DNA of 62,507 bases, the filler included, from Candidatus Zapsychrus exili (GTDB lineage Bacteria > Omnitrophota > Gorgyraeia > Zapsychrales > Zapsychraceae): NCBI GenBank assembly GCA_030765585.1. It is 7 parts of 7 records of this genome, joined end to end, with 100 filler letters (N's around TTAATTAATTAA, not from the genome) between each part and the next. Parts side by side here need not be neighbours in the genome. Positions count along the whole stretch, not along the records: positions 1 to 16,588 come from JAVCCJ010000008.1; 6 more parts are not named here. One strand, given 5' to 3'. The notes beneath the pieces are model-generated. The model was not told where the DNA came from. It did no database searches and saw nothing but the letters and a program-made list of their open reading frames with translations. This document shows positions 1-10,441 of the stretch, in pieces (position 1 is the stretch's first letter; every line of letters begins with the position of its first letter). Made by a program: the position numbers and the translations under genes.

Positions 1-31
1 ATTCTGTCAAGTGTTTTTTTAGGAGAAAAAA

Positions 32-235
32 ATGGACAAAAAGAAGTTAGGTAAGAAGATTAAGTTAGCCCGCATTGAAATGGATTTAAATCAAACCCAG
101 CTTGCTCATAAAATTAAGGCAAAACAGAAAAGTATCTCTCGCTATGAAACAGGGGCATCTTCACCATCTATAAAAACATTAGTTAAAATCGCTGAAGTGC
201 TCAAGAAACCAGCAGGGCATTTTTTAGATGAGTGA
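32..235 (+). CDS. XRE/Cro-C1 HTH regulator, probable RM controller protein
   Basis: 67 aa HTH_3 pattern (LNQTQLA...SISRYETG...PSIKTL), directly upstream of hsdR. Confidence 0.8.
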   Translation: MDKKKLGKKIKLARIEMDLNQTQLAHKIKAKQKSISRYETGASSPSIKTLVKIAEVLKKPAGHFLDE

Positions 236-266
236 GAAGCCTGTTATGAGAAGGGTAGTTTAACGT

Positions 267-2792
267 ATGGCAAGAGAAGCAAAAGCACGAATACGAATAA
301 ACAAATATCTTGAAGATACCGGATGGCGGTTTTTCGATACAGACTCCGGATCTGCCAATATTTGCTTGGAGACGAATGTTAAAATTACTGAACAGGCGCT
401 CAACGATCTTGGTGAGGATTTTGAAAAGACAAAAAATGGTTTTACTGATTATATCCTTTTAGATTATAAGGGCTTTCCTTTTGTAGTTTTAGAGGCAAAA
501 AAAGAGGATAAAGATCCTTTAGCTGGCAAAGAGCAGGCTCGTAAATATGCAAAGAACCTTAATGTTCGTTTTGTGATCTTGTCCAATGGTAACCTTCATT
601 ATTTCTGGGATATTGAAACAGGCAACCCGCATGTTATTACTACCTTTCCTACATGTGAATCATTGACTTTTAAGAAATCTTTTAAGCCTAATACGGATAA
701 TTTGGTTCGTGAATATGTTACTTCAGATTATATTGCTATTACTCAAAAACCAGATTATAAGAGTGACCCCAATTGGATGAACGAGGATAGACGGAATGAT
801 TTTATTAGTGATAATAGCCTTAAATTTTTAAGAGACTATCAAATAAATGCCATTAAATCTTTGCAAGATGCTGTGAAAGAAAACAAAAGCCGCTTTTTAT
901 TTGAAATGGCAACAGGTACAGGAAAAACTCTTGTTGCAGCAGGTGTTATCAAATTATTTTTAAGGACCGGAAACGCCAAGCGGGTGCTTTTCTTGGTTGA
1001 CAGATTAGAGTTAGAGGATCAGGCTTGGAAGAATTTTGTAAAATACCTTAAGTACGACTATAAATCAGTTATCTACAAAGAAAATCGCGGCGATTGGAAA
1101 AAAGCTGAAATTGTAGTCTCCACTGTTCAGTCGTTTCTTTTTAATAACAAGTACAAGGATTTATTCTCTCCGACTGACTTTGATTTGGTTATATCAGATG
1201 AGGCGCATAGATCAATAGGTGGTAATAGCCGGGCGGTTTTTGAATATTTTACCGGATATAAATTAGGGCTTACAGCAACACCTAAAGATTATCTGAAAAA
1301 AGTAGATGAAAAAAAATTAGCAGAAAGAGACCCTCGCAAATTAGAACGACGCCAGTTATTGGATACCTATAAGACTTTTGGATGCGAGGCGAGCAGTCCA
1401 ACATTTAGGTATACTCTTTTGAATGGAGTAAAAGACGGTTATCTTGTAAATCCAATTGTTGTAGATGCCCGAACAGACATAACGACAGAATTACTTTCAG
1501 AAATGGGCTACTCTGTATTGATAGAAAACGAAGAAGGCAAAGAAGAAGAAAAGATATACTTTCAAAAGGATTTTGAACGAAAATTTTTCTCGGAAAAAAC
1601 GAACGGGACATTATGCAAGACATTTTTAGAGAAAGCCCTAAAAGATCCTTTAACAGGTGAGATCGGTAAAAGCATTATTTTTTGTATTAGCCAAAATCAT
1701 GCTTCCAAAATCACACAGATACTTAATGTATTTGCACATAAAATTTATCCTGGTAAATATAATTCTGATTTTGCGGTGCAGGCAACATCTTTTATTGATA
1801 ACGCACAGCAGATGACAATTAATTTTTCAAATAATAATCTAAATGGGCATACGACCTTTAAGAGCGGCTATAATTCCAGTAAGACCCGCGTTTGTGTCAC
1901 CGTAGGAATGATGACAACGGGTTATGATTGTGAAGATATTTTAAATTTATGCTTAATGCGGCCTATCTTTTCCCCTCAAAATTTTATTCAGATGAAAGGT
2001 AGGGGAACCAGGAAATATGACTTTGTTTATAGAGAAAGAGACGACTCGGGAAAGGTGGAAAAATATATAGTCAAGAAGAAGCGCTTTAAACTTTTTGATT
2101 TTTTCGCCAATTGCGAATATTTTGAAGAAAAATTTAATTATGACGAAGTGATAGAATTGCCTCCAGAAACAGGGGGAGGTCCGGGACCTGATCCACCCCC
2201 GCCCCCACCGGTAGACGAATATGAGAGTACCAGGTTGGATCCCTTAAAGGAATTTGCCGAAACATCTATCGGTCTTGAAGGTATGAAAATTGACCGGAAG
2301 TTTTTTGAAAAGTTTGAAGAGGTTATTAAGGGTAATGAATATATTAAAGACAAAATTTATGAAGGCAAGTACGAAGAGGCAGAGAGTTACATCAAAAAAG
2401 AAGTTTTTGATAAGCCGGAAGAATATTTTAACCTTGAAAAGCTCCGCAAATCCGTTAAACTTGACCGCCGCTTAGGCTTAAGAGAAATATTAGAAAAAAT
2501 ATTTGGTCAGATTAAGAAATTTAAAACAAAGGATGATCTGCTTGAGGAAGAGATAGAAAAATTTATTTCTCTTTATCATCCCGAGAATAAGTTTATTCAT
2601 ATTATACGTCAATTCATGAAGGCATATATTTTAGAAACCGAGTTACGGGAAATTTTTAATTCTAAGGAATATGGCCGGCTTGAGACTAACCCAGGTTTTA
2701 CAATGATGGACCTAAAAGAATTAGATGGTTGGAAAGATCCCGTTGTTGAGTACATAAAAGACTATGTGCTGTTAAATACTTTTGTAACTTAA
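267..2792 (+). CDS. hsdR: Type I restriction enzyme R subunit (EcoAI-like)
   Basis: Nuclease motif TDYIL...VLEAKK, Walker A MATGTGKT, DEAH box, LTATP, QMKGRGTR. Confidence 0.9.
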   Translation: MAREAKARIRINKYLEDTGWRFFDTDSGSANICLETNVKITEQALNDLGEDFEKTKNGFTDYILLDYKGFPFVVLEAKKEDKDPLAGKEQARKYAKNLNVRFVILSNGNLHYFWDIETGNPHVITTFPTCESLTFKKSFKPNTDNLVREYVTSDYIAITQKPDYKSDPNWMNEDRRNDFISDNSLKFLRDYQINAIKSLQDAVKENKSRFLFEMATGTGKTLVAAGVIKLFLRTGNAKRVLFLVDRLELEDQAWKNFVKYLKYDYKSVIYKENRGDWKKAEIVVSTVQSFLFNNKYKDLFSPTDFDLVISDEAHRSIGGNSRAVFEYFTGYKLGLTATPKDYLKKVDEKKLAERDPRKLERRQLLDTYKTFGCEASSPTFRYTLLNGVKDGYLVNPIVVDARTDITTELLSEMGYSVLIENEEGKEEEKIYFQKDFERKFFSEKTNGTLCKTFLEKALKDPLTGEIGKSIIFCISQNHASKITQILNVFAHKIYPGKYNSDFAVQATSFIDNAQQMTINFSNNNLNGHTTFKSGYNSSKTRVCVTVGMMTTGYDCEDILNLCLMRPIFSPQNFIQMKGRGTRKYDFVYRERDDSGKVEKYIVKKKRFKLFDFFANCEYFEEKFNYDEVIELPPETGGGPGPDPPPPPPVDEYESTRLDPLKEFAETSIGLEGMKIDRKFFEKFEEVIKGNEYIKDKIYEGKYEEAESYIKKEVFDKPEEYFNLEKLRKSVKLDRRLGLREILEKIFGQIKKFKTKDDLLEEEIEKFISLYHPENKFIHIIRQFMKAYILETELREIFNSKEYGRLETNPGFTMMDLKELDGWKDPVVEYIKDYVLLNTFVT

Positions 2793-2806
2793 AGGAAAAT
2801 AAAAAT

Positions 2807-5317
2807 ATGTTAACGAGTGGAACAAAAAGACGGATTGATACGGCAAGGGATATTCTTGTAGGTAAATTACCCGATCCGAAATCACAGGTTGAGCAAATCA
2901 CGATTGCCTTAATCTATAAATTTATGGACGATATGGATAAGCAATCGGAGGAGCTTGGTGGTAAGGTAAAATTTTTTACCGGTGAATATTCAAAATATGC
3001 CTGGAGTAAAATATTTGATCCTCATGTGAGTGGTCATGAGCTTGTTGGCTTGTATGGGGAAGCTATCCAGCGGATGAACCATAATCCAAATATCCCGCAA
3101 TTATTCAGAAATATTTTTAAAAATGCCTATTTGCCGTATCGTGATCCCGAAACCTTAAAGAGTTTCCTTAAAGCTATCGGAGAGTTTGAGTATGATCATA
3201 GTGAAAAATTAGGTGATGCCTTTGAATATCTGCTTTCTGTGATGGGTTCACAGGGAGATGCAGGTCAGTTTAGGACACCAAGACATATCATTGATTTTAT
3301 GGTGAAGGTAGTTGATCCAGGGAAGAATGAAACTATTCTTGATCCTGCCTGTGGCACAGCTGGATTCCTGATTTCTTCTTATAAACACATCTTAGAGAAA
3401 AATAAAAAAGACGGCCGGATACATTTAGCACCAGCTCAAAAGAAGAGACTCATTGAAAACTTTTCAGGCTATGATATTTCACCGGATATGGTCAGGTTGT
3501 CATTAGCTAATATGTACTTGCATGAGTTTAAAAGTCCTAAGATCTATGAGTATGATACATTAACTTCCGAGGAAAAATGGCAGGAGGTTTTTGATGTTAT
3601 ATTGGCAAATCCGCCGTTCATGAGTCCAAAAGGGGGAATAAGGCCACATAAACGGTTTAGCGTGCAGGCAAAACGTTCTGAGGTGCTTTTTGTTGACTAT
3701 ATCAGTGAGCACTTAAATCCTAACGGCCGAGCGGGAATTATTGTTCCTGAAGGTATTATTTTTCAGTCAGGCACTGCTTATAAGAAACTGAGAAAGATGT
3801 TAGTTGACCACTCACTTTATGCTGTTGTTTCTTTGCCCAAGGGAGTATTCAATCCTTACTCTGGAGTTAAGACATCAATATTGATGTTAGATAAAAATCT
3901 GTCAAAAAAGACAGATAAGATTTTATTTGTAAATATCAACAATGATGGGTTTGGCTTAGGCGCCCAGAGACGAAAGATAAAAGAGAACGATCTGCCATTG
4001 GCTTTAGGGGTAATCACGAGATACAAACAGAGTATTATTGAAAATAAAGACTTTGAATTCAATGCTGATGAGGCAAAGCTTGCTTTTTTGGTTGAGCAAA
4101 CAAAAATCGCAGAAAGCAAGGATTATAGCCTAGATGGAGATGGATACAAAGAAGCTTTTGTTTATACAGGGAAATGGGATTTTGTGGAGTTAGGAGAGGT
4201 TTGCGAGATTTTAAATGGATATGCTTTTAAAAGTGGAAATTATGTTAGGGATGGCATTAGAGTTATTAGAATCACAAATGTTCAAAAAGGTATAATTGTT
4301 GATGAAAATCCAAAATTCTATCCCTTGGATACAAACGATGCCATTGAGCAATACAAGCTTGTTAAAAATGATTTATTGATGTCATTGACAGGAAATGTTG
4401 GTCGCGTTGGCTTATTGCCAGATTATCTTTTACCCGCTGCATTGAATCAGCGTGTGGCTTGCTTGAAAAGCGATAAAGGAAAAATAAACAAAAGATTTTT
4501 GTTTTATTTGTTAAATCAAGATATTTTTGAGCAAAGTTGTATTGCTTCTTCAAAAGGAATCGCCCAGAAAAATTTAAGTACAGTTTGGTTATCAAAATTT
4601 AAAATTCCTCTCCCGCCGCTTGAAGTTCAAGAACAGATTAGTACCGAGTTAGACAATTATCAAAAAATCATTGATGGCGCGCGTCAGGTGGTTGAAAACT
4701 ACAAGTCACATATAGATATTGATTCGGAATGGCCCACCATAAAGTTGGGCGATGTTTGTAATTTTAAACGAGGCCCTTTTGGCGGAAGTTTAAAAAAAGA
4801 GATTTTCGTTGAAACGGGGTATTGTGTTTATGAGCAGCGTCATGCGATTTCTGGAAGTTTTGAACAAGTGAGATATTTTATTAATAGTGAGAAATTCAAG
4901 GAGATGAAGCAATTTGAAGTTAAGCCCGGAGATCTGATCATGAGCTGTTCTGGTACTATGGGCAAGGTTGCTATAGCTCCGGATAATACTAAGAGAGGCA
5001 TTATAAATCAAGCACTTTTAAGATTAACCGCATTGGAAAAGTTAGATAAACAGTATTTGAAATATATTCTAGAAAGCTCTATTTTCCAGAAAGCGCTACA
5101 GGATAATGCGTATGGCGCAGCTATAAAAAATGTTGCTTCGGTTGGCGCGTTAAAAGATATAAAAATAGCGCTACCTAACCTAAAAATTCAAAAGGATATT
5201 GTAAAACGGCTGGACAATGAACAGAAATTAATTGACTCTAGTGGTCAACTTATTAAATCTTTTGAGCAAAAAATTAAAAACCTCATCACGAAAGTTTGGG
5301 GTGAGAAGTTAGTATGA
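2807..5317 (+). CDS. Type I RM N6-adenine methyltransferase fused to specificity subunit (HsdM-HsdS)
   Basis: GQFRTPR, DPACGTAGFL, NPPF, then two TRD/conserved-region repeats (W..VELGEVC...IPLPPLEVQ; WPTIKLGDVC...IALPNLKIQ). Confidence 0.9.
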   Translation: MLTSGTKRRIDTARDILVGKLPDPKSQVEQITIALIYKFMDDMDKQSEELGGKVKFFTGEYSKYAWSKIFDPHVSGHELVGLYGEAIQRMNHNPNIPQLFRNIFKNAYLPYRDPETLKSFLKAIGEFEYDHSEKLGDAFEYLLSVMGSQGDAGQFRTPRHIIDFMVKVVDPGKNETILDPACGTAGFLISSYKHILEKNKKDGRIHLAPAQKKRLIENFSGYDISPDMVRLSLANMYLHEFKSPKIYEYDTLTSEEKWQEVFDVILANPPFMSPKGGIRPHKRFSVQAKRSEVLFVDYISEHLNPNGRAGIIVPEGIIFQSGTAYKKLRKMLVDHSLYAVVSLPKGVFNPYSGVKTSILMLDKNLSKKTDKILFVNINNDGFGLGAQRRKIKENDLPLALGVITRYKQSIIENKDFEFNADEAKLAFLVEQTKIAESKDYSLDGDGYKEAFVYTGKWDFVELGEVCEILNGYAFKSGNYVRDGIRVIRITNVQKGIIVDENPKFYPLDTNDAIEQYKLVKNDLLMSLTGNVGRVGLLPDYLLPAALNQRVACLKSDKGKINKRFLFYLLNQDIFEQSCIASSKGIAQKNLSTVWLSKFKIPLPPLEVQEQISTELDNYQKIIDGARQVVENYKSHIDIDSEWPTIKLGDVCNFKRGPFGGSLKKEIFVETGYCVYEQRHAISGSFEQVRYFINSEKFKEMKQFEVKPGDLIMSCSGTMGKVAIAPDNTKRGIINQALLRLTALEKLDKQYLKYILESSIFQKALQDNAYGAAIKNVASVGALKDIKIALPNLKIQKDIVKRLDNEQKLIDSSGQLIKSFEQKIKNLITKVWGEKLV

Positions 5318-6000
5318 TTAAAACGCAAACACCAACCTATGCGGGTCATCGGCAGAGGATAAAGCATAAATATAAGAAATCAGGCGTAGGCGGCTGGTTG
5401 GATTATGAGGTTTTGGAGTTGGTTCTTTCTTATGCTGTGGCGCGGAAAGACACAAAACCGATCGCCAAAGAATTAGTAACTCGGTTTAAAACAATCAATG
5501 GAGTTTTAGACGCTGACGGCAAAGAGCTAAAAGCTATATCAGGCATCTCAGAACATACAACCTTGTTTTTGAAATTGTTAAAAGATATCGCCATTCTTTA
5601 TTTAGAGAATGGTTTACACAATAAAGATTTGCTTTCATCTCCCGAAGTAGTTTTTGATTACCTAAAGGCTTCTCTGAAGGGATGCGTGGATGAGGAATTC
5701 AAAGCCCTCTTTTTAAATGGCAGAAATCAGCTGATAGCGATTGAGACACTTCAGACAGGTATTGTTAGCAGAGCGGTAATTTATCCAAGGAAGATAGTTG
5801 AGAGGGCACTGCATCATCATACTGTTGGTGTTATTATCGCGCATAACCATCCCGCGGGCACATTAACACCTTCAAAGGAAGATTGCGCGGTAACAAAATC
5901 TATTAAGGATGCGCTCAAGACAGTTGAGATTAGATTATTGGATCATATCGTCATTGGCGGTAATGGCTACTTTAGTTTTAATACAAAAGGCCTTTTGTAG
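5314..6000 (+). CDS. radC: RadC-family JAB domain protein
   Basis: GHRQR N-terminus, YPRKI, AHNHPAG...PSKED, LLDHIVIG. Confidence 0.92.
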   Translation: MIKTQTPTYAGHRQRIKHKYKKSGVGGWLDYEVLELVLSYAVARKDTKPIAKELVTRFKTINGVLDADGKELKAISGISEHTTLFLKLLKDIAILYLENGLHNKDLLSSPEVVFDYLKASLKGCVDEEFKALFLNGRNQLIAIETLQTGIVSRAVIYPRKIVERALHHHTVGVIIAHNHPAGTLTPSKEDCAVTKSIKDALKTVEIRLLDHIVIGGNGYFSFNTKGLL

Positions 6001-6137
6001 TGGACGATTTATTTGATGAATTTCTGGGATACGACTTTACTATGGGCGAGGACATGGTGAAATATCCACATTACATAGAAGTTGTCGAGCGATATATTGA
6101 AAAATATATTTAATTACATAATTTAATGAGGAGAAAT

Positions 6138-7340
6138 ATGGCGAACGAAATATTTCATGATCCACAAAAGGAAATATGCGAAGTAAGGAACCAGCTTTCC
6201 TATGTAAAAAGGATTGGCTTCTTATTGGGTGCAGGTACTTCTAAGGCATTAGATATATCTGATCTTTCTGGTTTGACAAAAAAAGTAAGAGAAAAAATAG
6301 AGCAAAAATATAAAGATATTTTGAAAAACGTTGAAACGGGTTTGCAGGTAAAAGAGGATGACGATCCGTTGACAATCGAACAGATTCTCGATCAAGTGCG
6401 ATTGATAAGGCAGCTTGCAAATGATAAACCGGATAGGAACTTTGAAAAAGTGAGCGGGAAAAATGCTGCTGACTTAGACATGGAAATCTGCAATCGTATT
6501 TATGAAATTATAATAGATGAGGAGAAAGACGTTGATCTGTCCCATACAAAGAAATTTGTGACATGGCTAAATTGGTTAAGCAGAGATTATTCAAAAGAAA
6601 TTTTTACTACTAATTATGATTTGATCATAGAAAAAGCGTTGGAAAGTTTACATATTCCACATTTCGATGGATTTGTAGGTGCTCATCAGCCATTTTTCTT
6701 TTCTGAAAGCCTCGAGAGCAAAAATACATATGATATACCTCCAATCTCGTGGATAAGACTTTGGAAGCTCCATGGTTCAATAAACTGGTTTTGGAAGAAA
6801 AATAATAGTGGAAAATCCAATAAAGTTGTTCGTCTTGGAGTTGAATCTAAAAAACTTAATAATGAGAATGAATTAGTGATTTATCCTTCAAAAGAGAAAT
6901 ATGAAACTTCCAGAAAACAACCATTTATTGCCTATTTCGATAGGCTTAGGAACTTTCTCCAAGACGGGGAAGGAATTTTTGTTATAAATGGATATTCTTT
7001 TTCTGATGAGCATATTAATGCTGTGATTATTGATAGCTTAAAGCAAAATAACAGGCTTCATATTATTGGATTCTTCTTTTCCGATGATGACTTAGCGAAG
7101 ATATGTGAGCTCGGCACGTTCTTAAACTTCACTGCAATAGGTCCTCGAAAGGCAATAATTAGAGGATTCTTAGGGGAGTGGAAAAAAGCAAAATTAGATC
7201 ATTTGTTGGATAATTTTTGGGATGTGGGAGGCAATCGCCTAAAGATAGGGGATTTTAAAGAAATGGTGAAATTTCTTATGGCAATATCTGGTAAGCAGGA
7301 AAAGATCGAAGAAGTTATGAAGGAAGCAAATGATAAATGA
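6138..7340 (+). CDS. SIR2-like (SIR2_2) NADase of Sir2-HerA defence system
   Basis: LLGAGTS, FTTNYD, KLHGSINW, GYSFSDEHIN; RBS GAGGAG before ATG 6138. Confidence 0.88.
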   Translation: MANEIFHDPQKEICEVRNQLSYVKRIGFLLGAGTSKALDISDLSGLTKKVREKIEQKYKDILKNVETGLQVKEDDDPLTIEQILDQVRLIRQLANDKPDRNFEKVSGKNAADLDMEICNRIYEIIIDEEKDVDLSHTKKFVTWLNWLSRDYSKEIFTTNYDLIIEKALESLHIPHFDGFVGAHQPFFFSESLESKNTYDIPPISWIRLWKLHGSINWFWKKNNSGKSNKVVRLGVESKKLNNENELVIYPSKEKYETSRKQPFIAYFDRLRNFLQDGEGIFVINGYSFSDEHINAVIIDSLKQNNRLHIIGFFFSDDDLAKICELGTFLNFTAIGPRKAIIRGFLGEWKKAKLDHLLDNFWDVGGNRLKIGDFKEMVKFLMAISGKQEKIEEVMKEANDK

Positions 7341-9147
7341 AATTACTTATTTAGGAAAAGTAATCAATGTTAATAGCTCGAGTGTTGAAATTGAGATATC
7401 TCGAGATATTCCTTCAGCGACTCCGATTATTAACGGACGTTTATATAAATTAGGCCAAATTGGAACATTTGTAAAAATCCCTGTAGGCGGATTGACTTTG
7501 TTCGGAATTGTTTCTTCAGTAAGTAATACTCCTTCTTTAGTTGAAGTTAATAAATATGAGCCGGACTATGGCTCCAGATTTTTGCAAGTCCAACTTATTG
7601 GAGAACAATTGGGCGGAGACTCTTTTAAAAAAGGAGTCGGGACTTATCCTACAATTAATGATGAAGTGCATATAGTAACAGAGGATGATTTGAAGATCAT
7701 CTACGGCGATCACGATGATGGAGTTATTGAAATAGGAAAACATTCTTCTTCAGAAAATCTTCCTGTTTATTTGGATTTACATAATCTCATACTGAGGCAT
7801 AGTGCCATTCTCGGATCTACGGGTAGTGGAAAATCGAACACGACTGCGCATATACTTAAGCGTATTTTAAGCGATTACCCTGGTTCAAGGATTGTTTTAG
7901 TTGATACGCATGGGGAATATGCTTCTGCATTCGGGAATGGTGCAAAAGTTTTTAAGATCAACGATGCTAAGAACCCCCTATATATTCCTTTTTGGGCTAT
8001 GTCATTTGATGAGCTTTCATTTTTTTTAGTTGGTAGGCTATCTGGAAGCGAGAGGCCAGAAGATAAAAAATTACGCGAAGCTATTGTGAAACTCAAAAAG
8101 GAAAATGCATCGAAGTTAAAGGCAGGAAAAGTTAATACGGATTTTGTTACCGCAGATTCCCCTATTCCTTTCGATATACGAAAAATGTGGTATGACTTTA
8201 ATCGAGAAATTAATGCAACTTATTTTGAAGCGGCGGCGGATAAACAAACAAAAGATAAGGAAGAACTAGAAAAAGAAGGAGATCCTCAAAAATTAATTCC
8301 AGCAAAATTTAAGCCATATTCTATGGGTGCTGTTGCCCCTTTTAAGGCGAAAGAACAGACGATGTACTCGTATGAAATGAAAATACTGTCAAGGTTGAAG
8401 GATACGCGTTTTGATTTTATGTTTAATCCCGGAGATTTTTACGACATGACAAGCAAACACGATATTGATCAGTTACTTAGGGATTGGATAGACCACGAAC
8501 AGCGGCTCACGATCTTGGATTTAAACGAAGTGCCTTTCGAGCTGATTGATATATCTGTTGGATTAATAACAAGATTGATTTTTGATTCAATGTATTGGGG
8601 TAGGCATGAAGAATATACAGGGAGAAATCGAGCGATATTGATGGTTTTTGAAGAGGCACATTCCTATTTACCAAAAAACGAAAGCAGCTCACACATATAT
8701 GGATATGCGAGGAAGTCCGTTGAAAGGATATATAAAGAGGGGCGGAAGTTTGGCGTTGGAGCAATGGTTGTTACTCAGAGACCCTCTGAAATTTCTGAAA
8801 CGATTCTTGCTCAAGTGGGCACTTTTATTGCCCTTCGACTTACTAATAGTAGTGATAAGAACAACGTCCAGTCAGCTTCACCCAATAACATGAACAGCCT
8901 GATGGAGCTTTTACCATCCTTGAGAGTTGGGGAGGCAATAATTGTTGGGGAGGCAATAAATATTCCATCGCGAGTTCGAATTGAGCTTGTGGAACCAAGG
9001 CCAAGCAGCAATGATCCCAAATTGGTCGAAGGATGGATGGAGAAGTTTGCTGTGAATGTAGCGCATTACAAGAATATTGTTAGGGCATGGAGAGAACAAA
9101 AACATTTAAAAAAAAGGGGGATAGGCTATGGAAATGATACTAGTTAA
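7330..9147 (+). CDS. HerA/DUF87 ATPase
   Basis: HAS-barrel-like N-terminus, GSTGSGKS, EEAH, KEGRKFG, TQRPSE; overlaps SIR2 stop. Confidence 0.9.
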   Translation: MINEITYLGKVINVNSSSVEIEISRDIPSATPIINGRLYKLGQIGTFVKIPVGGLTLFGIVSSVSNTPSLVEVNKYEPDYGSRFLQVQLIGEQLGGDSFKKGVGTYPTINDEVHIVTEDDLKIIYGDHDDGVIEIGKHSSSENLPVYLDLHNLILRHSAILGSTGSGKSNTTAHILKRILSDYPGSRIVLVDTHGEYASAFGNGAKVFKINDAKNPLYIPFWAMSFDELSFFLVGRLSGSERPEDKKLREAIVKLKKENASKLKAGKVNTDFVTADSPIPFDIRKMWYDFNREINATYFEAAADKQTKDKEELEKEGDPQKLIPAKFKPYSMGAVAPFKAKEQTMYSYEMKILSRLKDTRFDFMFNPGDFYDMTSKHDIDQLLRDWIDHEQRLTILDLNEVPFELIDISVGLITRLIFDSMYWGRHEEYTGRNRAILMVFEEAHSYLPKNESSSHIYGYARKSVERIYKEGRKFGVGAMVVTQRPSEISETILAQVGTFIALRLTNSSDKNNVQSASPNNMNSLMELLPSLRVGEAIIVGEAINIPSRVRIELVEPRPSSNDPKLVEGWMEKFAVNVAHYKNIVRAWREQKHLKKRGIGYGNDTS

Positions 9148-9340
9148 TTCTTCAAATCTGGCGGCTATAGGGTATGATTCGGATTCTGCAGCGTTGTGTA
9201 TAGAATTTAAAGATGGTTCAGCTTATGAATATTTTGATGTGCCACAACATGAATATGATGGTTTGATGTCAGCTGATTCGCATGGTACATATGCTCATCA
9301 AAATATTTATAAGAAATATCGGCAAAATAAAATCCGATAA
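9128..9340 (+). CDS. KTSC domain protein
   Basis: SSNLAAIGYD...IEFKDG..YEYFDVP...LMSADSHG signature. Confidence 0.88.
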   Translation: MEMILVNSSNLAAIGYDSDSAALCIEFKDGSAYEYFDVPQHEYDGLMSADSHGTYAHQNIYKKYRQNKIR

Positions 9341-9348
9341 AAGGAGAT

Positions 9349-10404
9349 GTGATGTCCTTTATAAATTTAAATCAGAAGCTTAATCGTGTGGAAATAAAAG
9401 ATTTTGAGTTGTCGAACGAGGTAGTCTTTAATTACTTCAATAATCTTTCAGCAAATGAGAGGGATGAGAAACTTATTCGAGCAATTTATATAGGGGTGTT
9501 GGCATTAATGGAAGATAGAATCTCTGCATTCCTCGCAAAGACTACGAATGAGCTAGGGACGGAGTTGGAAAGCTTGAAGATGATTTTTGAAATGAAAAAA
9601 GAGTTGTTTTACAAGACAACAATCAAAGGGTTTGTTGCTGAAGAGCAAGTAGCGGAGTTTTTAAATAATTATTTCGTTGCAAAAAAAATTAACGACAAAG
9701 CAGTATTAATAGGTAATGTTACAGGAGTTTTACCGAAAAATAAAACTGGAGATATTATCTGTGAATTAAATGGCAATCCCGATTTAAGGATTGCGATTGA
9801 ATGTAAATTTGATAAAAGCATTAAACTTGGTAGTATCGATTCAAAAGATATTTTCACAAAGAAAATGGACACTGCTTGGAGCCAATTGCTGGAGGCTCAA
9901 GCCAATAGAGATTCTAAAGTTGGCATAATTGTTTTTGATGTATCGTTGGTTGATAACAGCATCCTGAAATCTTATGAAAATGTTGGTTATATCAATGGTA
10001 TTGGATTTGTCGCAGTTATTAATTCTCAGGCAGGTGATTATTCTAACCTTGCGATTGCGTATATGCTGGCAAGGGATATAGCTTTAAATACCAAAGATGT
10101 TGAATTAGACGCAACATTGCTAGCTATCATTGTTAGCCGAATCATTAAGGATATTAATGATGTTCTAACGGTTAAGAAGTTTGTTGAGAATAATATAGCC
10201 AATAATAAAGAAATCCTTAAACAGTTAGAGAAAAGTATTATGATGATGGAATTTAATCAAGAATATCTAACCAAGTTTCTCGAGGAAGGCAAACTGAATA
10301 AGAAGGATATGTTGGATTTTTATTCTGGGGAAAAAGTTAAAGAGAAATATAGGCCATTGGAAAAAGATATTGTGAAAATAGGGGACGGTTCTATTTTAAA
10401 GTAA
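9349..10404 (+). CDS. Hypothetical protein with putative PD-(D/E)xK nuclease core and helical regions
   Basis: E...TGDII...IAIECK motif; last codons (GDGSILK*) lie inside the repeat at 10381. Confidence 0.55.
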   Translation: MMSFINLNQKLNRVEIKDFELSNEVVFNYFNNLSANERDEKLIRAIYIGVLALMEDRISAFLAKTTNELGTELESLKMIFEMKKELFYKTTIKGFVAEEQVAEFLNNYFVAKKINDKAVLIGNVTGVLPKNKTGDIICELNGNPDLRIAIECKFDKSIKLGSIDSKDIFTKKMDTAWSQLLEAQANRDSKVGIIVFDVSLVDNSILKSYENVGYINGIGFVAVINSQAGDYSNLAIAYMLARDIALNTKDVELDATLLAIIVSRIIKDINDVLTVKKFVENNIANNKEILKQLEKSIMMMEFNQEYLTKFLEEGKLNKKDMLDFYSGEKVKEKYRPLEKDIVKIGDGSILK

Positions 10405-10421
10405 TTATATATTGTGTCCCC
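10381..10421 (+). repeat. Cassette-boundary element type A
   Basis: GGGGACGGTTCTATTTTAAAGTAATTATATATTGTGTCCCC; terminal GGGGAC/GTCCCC inverted repeat. Confidence 0.9.
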
Positions 10422-10441
10422 AGAATTTAGGATAACTAAAT

